Positions 1 to 7,137 of a stretch of DNA of 63,142 nt are shown piece after piece. The number at the start of each line of letters is the position of its first letter. Position 1 is the stretch's first letter. The DNA comes from Syntrophaceae bacterium (GTDB taxonomy: Bacteria; Desulfobacterota; Syntrophia; Syntrophales; PHBD01): the NCBI GenBank assembly GCA_041310335.1, contig JBFYXW010000027.1, positions 1 through 63,142 of the forward strand, given 5' to 3'. Under the pieces are notes generated by a model. That model was not told where the DNA came from, searched no databases, and worked only from the letters and a program-made list of their open reading frames with translations. A program made the position numbers and the translations under genes.

Positions 1-3000
1 TGGACGAGCTCGCTCTTCTTCACCCGGTCGATCAGGCCCGCCAGGTGCTTCTTCGTGTCCAGCCCCTCGAGGGTGAAGTACAGGTTCGCGTAGTTGCCGC
101 CCAGGGACGGCTTCTTCTCGACGATGTAGGACTGGAACCCCTGGTCCGCGAAGGAGAGGGCCGCCGTGATGCCCGCCAGCCCGCCGCCGATGATGAGGAC
201 GTTCTTGTTGACACCGAGCTGTCCCGGCTTCAGGGGTTTCAGGAACTGGGCCTTGGCGATGGACATGCGCACCAGGTCCTTGGCCTTCGCGGTGGCCGCC
301 TCGGGCTCGTGCATGTGGACCCAGGAATCCTGGTCCCGGATGTTCGCCATCTCGAAGAGGTAGCGGTTGAGGCCCGCCTTCTCGCAGTTCTCCTGGAAGA
401 GCCCCTCGTGGGTCCGGGGGGAGCAGGAGGCGACGACGACGCGGGTCAGGTTCTGCTCCTTGATGACCTCGCCCATCTTGACGGCCGTGTCCTGGGAGCA
501 GGTGAAGAGGTTCTCCGTGGCGAAGACCACGTTGGGAAGAGTCTTAGCGTACTCGACAACTCCCGGGACGTCGACCACGCCGCCGATGTTGATGCCGCAG
601 TGGCAGACGAAGACGCCCGTCCGGGGGCCGACTCCGCGGATGTCCGTCTCCAGGGGCAGTTCCGCCTCGGTGATCATCGTCCCGCGGCGCTCCGACAGGA
701 GGCCCGAGGCGCAGGCCGCGGCGCTGGAGGCCTCCATGACCGTCTCGGGGATGTCCTTGGGCCCGCCGAAGGCGCCGCAGACGAAGACGCCGTCCCGGCT
801 GGTCTGGACGGGGTTCTCGAGGGCAGTCCGGCAGAATCCGTGCTCCTCCAAGTCGACCCCCAGGGCCTGGGCCAGCTTCGCCGCTTCCGGGGGAGGCGTG
901 AGCCCCACCGAGAGGACCACCATCTCGAACTCCTCCTCGACGAGTTTGCCGTCCTCGGTGACGTACTTGATGAGAAGGTTCTTGGACTGCTGGAGCTCCT
1001 TGACGCTGGAGGGCATGGAGCGGATGTAGCGGATCCCGTACTCGTTCTTCGCCCGGTTGACGAAGCGGTCGAAATCCTTCCCGTGGGCCCGGATGTCCAT
1101 GAAGAAGATCGTCGGCTCCAGGTCCTTGGCGTGCTCCTTGCCGATGATGGCTTCCTTCGTGGCGTACATGCAGCACACGGAGGAGCACCAGCTGTTGCCG
1201 CAGGAGGTGTCCCGGGAGCCCACGCACTGGATGAAGGCGATCTTTCGCGGTTCCTTGCCGTCGGAGATGCGCTGGACGTGGCCGAAGTAGGGTCCCGAAG
1301 CGGACAGGATCCGCTCAAACTGGATGGCCGTCACGACGTTGGCGTAGGTCCCGAAGCCGTACTCGCCGCGGATGGAGGCGTCGAAGGTCTTGAAGCCCGG
1401 GGCGGCGATGACGGCGCCGACCTCGATGGTCTCCTCCTCGAAGGTGTCGTCGTGGTTGATGGCGCCGGCGATGCAGGCGTCGACGCACTGGTAGCACTCG
1501 GAGCAGATACCGCAGGCCAGGCAGCGCTGGGCCTCCCGGACGGCCTCCTCCTCGCTGAAGCCGATGCCGACTTCCTGGAAGTTCGTCCTGCGCTCCTCCG
1601 GCTTCCTGTGGGGGTACTGGACCCGGGGGGCTTTCGGGAAGGCGGAGACGTCGGCCTGGTCGGCCAGGCCTTTCGTCCAGTCCTTTGCCCGGCCTGCCGC
1701 CATGTCCTCACCCTGGAGGTACCGGTCGATAGACACCGCCGCTTCCTTGCCGGCGAAGACGGCCTTGACAACCGTCTGGGGCCCCGTGACCACGTCGCCG
1801 CCGGCGAAGACGCCGGGGACGTTCGTCGCGAAGGTGACGGCGTCGACGTCGAAATTCTTCCACTTGTTGATGGAGATGCCGCTCTCGGAGGGAACGAAGT
1901 CCAAGTCCGCCTCCTGGCCGATAGCGGGGATCAGGGCGTCGCAGGGGACGATGAACTCGGAGCCCTTGATCTCGATGGGGCGCCGGCGGCCGCTGGCGTC
2001 GGGCTCGCCCAGTTCCATCCGGGTGCACTCGATGCCCGTGACCTTGCCGTTCTCCCCCACGACCCGCTTGGGGGCCACGAGGAATTCCATCTTGATGCCC
2101 TCTTCCAGGGCCTCCTCGATCTCCTCCGGCGAGGCGGGCATTTCCGCCCGGGACCGGCGGTAGAGGATGAAGACGTCCTTGGAGCCCGTGCGGATGGCCG
2201 TCCGGACGGCGTCCATGGCGACGTTCCCGCCGCCGACGACGGCGACCTTGTCGCCCAGGAAGACCTTCTCGCCCAGGTTCACCCGCTTGAGATAGTCGAC
2301 GCCGTGGATGACGCCCTGCATGTCCTCCCCGGGAATGTTCAGCTTGCTGCTGTTGACGGTCCCGCAGCCGATGAAGACGGCATCGTAGTCCTTCTGCAGC
2401 TGGGCGAAGGGGAGGTCCTTGCCCACGGCTTTGTTCAGGTGGATCTTGACCCCCAGGTCCTCGATGACCTTGATCTCGGCCTTCAGAACATCCTTGGGGA
2501 GGCGGTACTCGGGGATGCCCACGGCCAGCCAGCCGCCGGCGACGGGGAGGGATTCGAAGACCTCGCAGTCGTAGCCCTCGGCGGCCAGGTAGTAGGCGCA
2601 GGTGAGGCCCGCGGGCCCGGCGCCGACGACGGCCACCTTTTTCCCCTTGCTCTCCTTTTTCTCGGGGATGTAACGGGTCTCGTCCTTCAGGTCCAGGTCG
2701 GCGACGAAGCGCTTCAGGTGCATGATGTCGATGGGCTCGTCGACCTTGCCCCGCATGCAGGCGGTCTCGCAGGGGTGGTTGCAGACCCGGCCGCAGACGA
2801 TGGGGAACGGGTTGTCCTTCTTGATGAGCTTGAGCGCTTCCTTGAATTTCCCCGTGGCGATCAGGGCCACGTAGCCCTGGACGCTGATGTGGGTCGGGCA
2901 GTTCGCCTTGCAGGGGGAGGTGCCGATCTTGTCGATGGCGAAGCCGCTGGGAATGGCCTGGGGAAAGTGCCGGTAGGTGGCCTTGCGCTCGCTTAAGTTT

Positions 3001-3392
3001 TCGTTGAATTCGGAGGGGACGGAGATGGGACAGACATTGGCGCAGTCACCGCAGCCGGTGCACTTGGAGAGGTCAATGAACCGCGGCGCCTTCGTCATCC
3101 GGACCTTGAAGCGGCCCGGTTCCCCCTCGACGGATTCGACGGTCCGCCGCGTCAGGATCTCCACGTTGGGATGCCGGCCCACTTCCACCAGCTTCGGGGA
3201 AAGGATGCAGGCGGAACAGTCGTTGGTGGGAAAGGTCTTGTCCAGCTGGGCCATGACGCCGCCGATGCTGATCCCCTTTTCCACCAGGTAAACCTTCAAT
3301 CCGGAGTTTGCCAGGTCCAGGGACGCCTGGATGCCGGCGATTCCGGACCCCACCACCATGACCGCACCGATTTTTTCACTTGCTTGAGCCAC
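1..3392 (-). CDS. HdrA-like FAD/FeS oxidoreductase with an inserted GltD/NfnB-like NAD(P)H module and a second HdrA-like module; 3' end runs off the window
   Basis: Absent from the ORF track because it has no in-window stop. None of the listed minus ORFs in 1-3392 share its frame, consistent with an open frame. My translation starts at GTG 3392 with a GAGGTG SD just upstream: VAQASEKIGAVMVVGSGIAGIQASLDL...TFPTNDCSACIL (HdrA signature). Then PCKANCPTH..CGRVCNHPCETAC, VAVVGAGPAGL and VAVVGGGNVAMD (GltD-like). Then CLACGICSECYQC, CSSVCC, VFVCHCGINIGG, and a new IIGGGLAGITAAL Rossmann start near position 200. Confidence 0.85.
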   Translation of the reverse strand, partial: MAQASEKIGAVMVVGSGIAGIQASLDLANSGLKVYLVEKGISIGGVMAQLDKTFPTNDCSACILSPKLVEVGRHPNVEILTRRTVESVEGEPGRFKVRMTKAPRFIDLSKCTGCGDCANVCPISVPSEFNENLSERKATYRHFPQAIPSGFAIDKIGTSPCKANCPTHISVQGYVALIATGKFKEALKLIKKDNPFPIVCGRVCNHPCETACMRGKVDEPIDIMHLKRFVADLDLKDETRYIPEKKESKGKKVAVVGAGPAGLTCAYYLAAEGYDCEVFESLPVAGGWLAVGIPEYRLPKDVLKAEIKVIEDLGVKIHLNKAVGKDLPFAQLQKDYDAVFIGCGTVNSSKLNIPGEDMQGVIHGVDYLKRVNLGEKVFLGDKVAVVGGGNVAMDAVRTAIRTGSKDVFILYRRSRAEMPASPEEIEEALEEGIKMEFLVAPKRVVGENGKVTGIECTRMELGEPDASGRRRPIEIKGSEFIVPCDALIPAIGQEADLDFVPSESGISINKWKNFDVDAVTFATNVPGVFAGGDVVTGPQTVVKAVFAGKEAAVSIDRYLQGEDMAAGRAKDWTKGLADQADVSAFPKAPRVQYPHRKPEERRTNFQEVGIGFSEEEAVREAQRCLACGICSECYQCVDACIAGAINHDDTFEEETIEVGAVIAAPGFKTFDASIRGEYGFGTYANVVTAIQFERILSASGPYFGHVQRISDGKEPRKIAFIQCVGSRDTSCGNSWCSSVCCMYATKEAIIGKEHAKDLEPTIFFMDIRAHGKDFDRFVNRAKNEYGIRYIRSMPSSVKELQQSKNLLIKYVTEDGKLVEEEFEMVVLSVGLTPPPEAAKLAQALGVDLEEHGFCRTALENPVQTSRDGVFVCGAFGGPKDIPETVMEASSAAACASGLLSERRGTMITEAELPLETDIRGVGPRTGVFVCHCGINIGGVVDVPGVVEYAKTLPNVVFATENLFTCSQDTAVKMGEVIKEQNLTRVVVASCSPRTHEGLFQENCEKAGLNRYLFEMANIRDQDSWVHMHEPEAATAKAKDLVRMSIAKAQFLKPLKPGQLGVNKNVLIIGGGLAGITAALSFADQGFQSYIVEKKPSLGGNYANLYFTLEGLDTKKHLAGLIDRVKKSELV

Positions 3393-3631
3393 TGGACACC
3401 ACCTCGGGATATCTCAGAATGTTTGCGTCCGTTCCGTCACCCTGTCCCGAAGCATGTCCAGACGCCGAACCGGGCAGGAATGCGGACCTTTTGAAAGAAC
3501 CAGACCTGGGAAGCGCCCCTTCGGGAGGGGCGGTCAGACCGTCGGAGCCGCTACCACGATTAGACCCTCCTGTCAAGTCGATTTCACCCCCCAAAGGAAC
3601 ACCCGCGGGGACCGTCCTGAAAGAGAACAAC

Positions 3632-3655
3632 CTCTTGCAACATCAAGGGTTTTTT
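3632..3655 (+). terminator. Intrinsic-terminator-like hairpin plus T6 run with no coding gene upstream on this strand
   Basis: CCTCTTG (3631-3637) / CAAGGG (3644-3649) forms a stem of 6 bp including one G-U. The loop is CAACAT, followed by TTTTTTGTT (3650-3658). Confidence 0.35.
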
Positions 3656-3856
3656 GTTACATGTCCCGGGCGTGCCAGTCGGCTGCAGAGGCCCCGGAAA
3701 GCCTTGGAGGGCTCGCCGGGTCCCGGCGAGACAATCGTCCGGCAGCCGGGGCGACGGGCCTCCACCGGAGCGGCCGTGCCGGAGACCCCGTCGCGATCCG
3801 GCAAAGCGAACGCCCACCGGACACCGTCCCGAGGTGCTCCAGAACCGAAGGGAAGC

Positions 3857-3988
3857 ATGACCGATCCTCCAAGAGGCCGCAGGGTCCCCAGGAATCACCT
3901 GGTCCGGGCCATCTCCGACGACGGCGGGGTCCTTGCCCTGGCCTGCGTCACCACGGAACTGGCGGGACTGATCGAGCGACTGGCCTGA
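3857..3988 (+). pseudogene. Possible relic of an Hsp33 (HslO) N-terminus, 43 codons
   Basis: ATG 3857 to TGA 3986-3988: MTDPPRGRRVPRNHLVRAISDDGGVLALACVTTELAGLIERLA. The HLVRAISDDGGVLALACVTTEL stretch resembles the conserved Hsp33 N-terminal strand pattern (xLVRAxxxDGxVRAxAxxTTxL). It then stops, and I saw no Hsp33-like continuation in other frames. Confidence 0.3.
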
Positions 3989-4201
3989 CGGATCGATCCC
4001 GGGCCCCGTCGGCTCGGGAGCCGCGTCGAACACCGAGGCCTTCCGGCTTCGCGAAGCCCCGGCCCCGCCGGTCCGGAAGCCTTGTTCGCCGAAGCCTTGC
4101 CCTACCGGGAATTCCAGGATCCCCGGACGCGGAGGCACCGTCGCGTCCATGGAAGGCGGGATCGAAGGACCCCTTTTGCGCAGACCCGGAAGGAGGCTGC
4201 C

Positions 4202-5443
4202 ATGAAAATCGACCGCATCGAACTCTTCCACGTGGCCATTCCCCTGCCCAAGCCGTTCTGGCCGTCCTGGATCCCCGGCTACCCCCAGACGGTGAACCGC
4301 TTCACCCTGCTCCGCCTCACCACCGACGGGGGCCTCCAGGGCCTCGCGGCGGGCATGGCCTTCGAGCGGGAGCGGGAGGGCCTGGGCGGCCTCATCGGAC
4401 CCTACCTGATCGGCCTGGACCCGACGGACCTCCGCCAGGTCCGCCAGCGGCTCCGGGAGGTGAGCTACCTGGGGTGGAGGAACTACTGGATCGAGGCGGC
4501 CTGCTGGGACATCCGGGGCAAGGCGGAGGGGAAGCCCGTCCGGGCCCTCCTCGGCGGAACGGATGATTCGCCCGTCCCCGTCTACGCCTCTACCGGCGAG
4601 GTCCACCCCCCGGACCAGCGGGCGGAGGAGGTGCTCCGCCTCCGGGAGATGGGGTTCCGGACGGTGAAGCTCCGCGTCCACGGCGCCACGCTCCGGGAAG
4701 ATATCGCCCAGGTGGAGGCGGTCCGCCGGGCCGTGGGGGACAGCATGGAGATCGGCGTCGACGCCAACCAGGGCTGGCCCGTCACGATCATCGAGCAGCC
4801 CCCGGTGTGGGATCTCGAGCGGGCGACGGAGTTCGCCCGGGCCGGCAGGGACCTGGGCGTCTCCTGGCTCGAGGAGCCCCTGGACATGTATGCCTGGGAC
4901 GAGCTGGCAGAACTGCGCCGCCGCTCCGACGTCCCCATCGCCGGCGCGGAGCTCAACGCCGGCTGGCAGGAGTACAAGGTCATGCTGGAAAAGGGGAGCT
5001 TCGACATCTACCAGCCCGACGCCACCATGGGCGGCGGCATCGGCGACTCGAAGCGGGTCATGGACGCCTGCGCCGAGCGGAGTCTGGGCTTCACCCCCCA
5101 CACCTGGACCAACGGCCTCGGCTTCCTCGTCAACCTCCAGGTCCATGCCGCGGGGCCCCGGAACCACGCCCTCGAGTATCCCTTCGAGCCCCCCAACTGG
5201 ATTCCTGAGTACCGCGACGGGATCCTGGCAGAGCCGATCCGGGTCTCCCCCCAGGGCACCGTGGAGCTGCCGAAAGCCCCCGGCCTGGGGATCGTCCTGG
5301 ACGAGGACAAACTCGCCCGGTACGGGGAGAAATTCTTCGAGGTCACCCCCGGGGGGATCGCCGCGAAGGCCATCCGGGAAAAGGGGCTCTTCACGGCCCT
5401 GAAGCTGGCCATGAAGAAGGGCAAGCAGGGGCGTTCCTCATGA
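4202..5443 (+). CDS. Enolase-superfamily enzyme (mandelate racemase / muconate lactonizing enzyme family)
   Basis: ATG 4202 follows GGAAGGAGG; the track start at 4082 is an upstream extension. MKIDRIELFHVAIPL..., KLRVHG, GVDANQGW, WLEEP and IYQPD are laid out as in MR/MLE barrels. Confidence 0.85.
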   Translation: MKIDRIELFHVAIPLPKPFWPSWIPGYPQTVNRFTLLRLTTDGGLQGLAAGMAFEREREGLGGLIGPYLIGLDPTDLRQVRQRLREVSYLGWRNYWIEAACWDIRGKAEGKPVRALLGGTDDSPVPVYASTGEVHPPDQRAEEVLRLREMGFRTVKLRVHGATLREDIAQVEAVRRAVGDSMEIGVDANQGWPVTIIEQPPVWDLERATEFARAGRDLGVSWLEEPLDMYAWDELAELRRRSDVPIAGAELNAGWQEYKVMLEKGSFDIYQPDATMGGGIGDSKRVMDACAERSLGFTPHTWTNGLGFLVNLQVHAAGPRNHALEYPFEPPNWIPEYRDGILAEPIRVSPQGTVELPKAPGLGIVLDEDKLARYGEKFFEVTPGGIAAKAIREKGLFTALKLAMKKGKQGRSS

Positions 5444-6471
5444 AGGCGATGCTCCTGAAGGGAATTTCCGGTTTTCGCGAGAACCAAGCGCCCCTGGAGC
5501 CGGCGGACGTGCCCGACCCCGTGCCGGGCGACGGCGAGGTCCTGCTCCGTGTTTCCGCCTGCGGCGTCTGCCACACGGAACTGGACGAGATCGAGGGCCG
5601 GACGCCGCCGCCCCGCTTTCCCGTCATCCCGGGCCACCAGGTGGTGGGCCGCGTGATCGGGCGAGGTCGCGGAGCGGATCGTTTTCAGGTCGGCGACCGG
5701 GTGGGCGTGGGCTGGATCTTCCGGGCCTGCGGACGATGCGGCTTCTGCCTCGGGGGCAACGAGAACCTCTGCCGGGACTTCGAGGCCGCGGGCCGGGACG
5801 CGAACGGCGGATACGCCGAGTACATGACCGTCCAGGAAGCCTTCGCCCATCCCATTCCGCAGGCGTTCAGCGACATCGAGGCGGCCCCCCTCCTTTGCGC
5901 GGGGGCCATCGGCTGGCGGTCCCTGCGTCTCTCGGGCATCCGGAACGGACAACGCCTCGGCCTCACGGGCTTCGGCGCCTCGGCACACCTGGTCCTGCGG
6001 CTCGTCCGGCACCGCTGGCCCGACACGCCCGTCTTCGTCTTCGCCCGCAACATGCGGGAGCGGACCTTTGCCCTGGAACTGGGCGCCGCCTGGACGGGCG
6101 ACACCGCCGATGAGGCCCCGGAGCGGCTCGACGCCGTCATCGACACGACTCCCGCCTGGCGGCCCGTCGTGGAGGCCCTGAAGAACCTGGCCCCGGGTGG
6201 CCGCCTGGTGATCAACGCGATCCGCAAAGAGGAGGGCGACCGGGAGACCCTCCTCGCCCTGAACTATCCCGAGCATCTCTGGTTGGAGAAGGAGATCAAA
6301 AGCGTGGCCAATGTGGCCCGCCGGGACATCTCGGAATTCCTGGCCCTGGCGGCGGAGATACCCCTCCGGCCGGAGGTGCAGTCCTATCCGCTGGCGGAGG
6401 CGAACCGGGCCCTTCTGGAGTTGAAAGAGGGAAAGATCCGGGGAGCGAAGGTGCTCGCGGTGGGGGGCTGA
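5440..6471 (+). CDS. Zinc-dependent alcohol dehydrogenase (MDR family)
   Basis: ATGA start/stop overlap with the upstream gene (5440-5443). Motifs: CGVCHTELDE, GHQVVG, CGRCGFC structural-Zn Cys cluster, GLTGFGASAH nucleotide fold. Confidence 0.9.
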   Translation: MKAMLLKGISGFRENQAPLEPADVPDPVPGDGEVLLRVSACGVCHTELDEIEGRTPPPRFPVIPGHQVVGRVIGRGRGADRFQVGDRVGVGWIFRACGRCGFCLGGNENLCRDFEAAGRDANGGYAEYMTVQEAFAHPIPQAFSDIEAAPLLCAGAIGWRSLRLSGIRNGQRLGLTGFGASAHLVLRLVRHRWPDTPVFVFARNMRERTFALELGAAWTGDTADEAPERLDAVIDTTPAWRPVVEALKNLAPGGRLVINAIRKEEGDRETLLALNYPEHLWLEKEIKSVANVARRDISEFLALAAEIPLRPEVQSYPLAEANRALLELKEGKIRGAKVLAVGG

Positions 6472-6669
6472 CGGAGATCCCGGGTGGCTTGCACAGGAAC
6501 GCGAGACGGCTTGGGCAAGAGGATCCGGCTCTTCCCCGGGTATGCCCATGAATCGGCCTGTCACAGGCGGGACCATCGCTGGATGGTCGGCCGACGGGTT
6601 CCCCGGGACACGGATAGCGACTTCTGACGTCTCCGCGGATTTACCCCCCGTGGACCCCGGCGGGATCGA

Positions 6670-6846
6670 TCATTCCTCGCCGGTTTCCTTCTTCTTCCTG
6701 TGGGCCCGGACAGCGATAAAGACGTACACACCCACGGCCGCCCCCAGCGAGATGATCAGGTTCACCAGCCCGCTTTCAATCCCGATGACCCGCTCGCAGA
6801 GGAGCCAGACCACCAGGTAGGTGACGGCTGTCAAGATCTCCTGCAT
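6670..6846 (-). CDS. Small (58 aa) two-helix membrane protein, function unknown
   Basis: MQEILTAVTYLVVWLLCERVIGIESGLVNLIISLGAAVGVYVFIAVRAHRKKKETGEE. It has two hydrophobic segments and a basic tail, with GGGAGG 12 nt upstream of ATG 6846. In-frame upstream starts at 6891 or further are possible. Confidence 0.5.
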   Translation of the reverse strand: MQEILTAVTYLVVWLLCERVIGIESGLVNLIISLGAAVGVYVFIAVRAHRKKKETGEE

Positions 6847-7053
6847 GTTGGAATGTTTCCTCCCTGCGCTGATTCCCGCGGCCCGCGTCATTTTCCGTTT
6901 CGTGGAAACCGGGTGCGCTTGAACGATTCGTGTTGCGGTATACCCATCCCCTTTCCAAAATTCAACGAAAAATTCCCGAAACATGCAACGGATCCGGATA
7001 TTATACAATTATTCCATACCATTCTGATGCACCGGCACCGGAAGGGGCGCCCC

Positions 7054-7108
7054 AGAAAAGGTGTCAGATTTATTTTTGCAGTGCACAAAGAAATCTGACA
7101 CCTTTTCT
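7054..7108 (-). terminator. 18-bp perfect stem-loop 30 nt downstream of the radical-SAM gene stop
   Basis: AGAAAAGGTGTCAGATTT (7054-7071) and AAATCTGACACCTTTTCT (7091-7108) are exact reverse complements, with a 19-nt loop. On the minus strand the 3' arm ends in CUUUUCU. Confidence 0.45.
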
Positions 7109-7137
7109 CAAAAGCAAATCCGACCCGTTTGCGAGGG

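Noticed and set aside
45-2996. 983-aa plus-strand ORF (MLLRVQPLEGEV...).
   Set aside because: It is antisense to the HdrA-like gene. Its composition is dominated by G/D/A/L/V/R/P/H with no recognisable motif, whereas the opposite strand reads as a continuous motif-rich HdrA/GltD protein. This is a typical stop-free antisense frame in GC-rich DNA.
3454-5167. ORFs 3454-4566 (+) and 3584-5167 (-) covering the large spacer and part of the enolase-family gene.
   Set aside because: They are extremely Arg/Pro/Gly-rich with no motifs, and they overlap the well-supported gene at 4202-5443.
6888-7088. 66-codon Cys-rich minus-strand ORF as a possible radical-SAM peptide substrate.
   Set aside because: It is not annotated as a CDS. 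The start is TTG inside the hairpin loop, and the internal ATG 7022 has no SD. It overlaps the TATAAT box, and I know of no similar peptide family. It is kept only as a speculative note in the AT-rich island finding.
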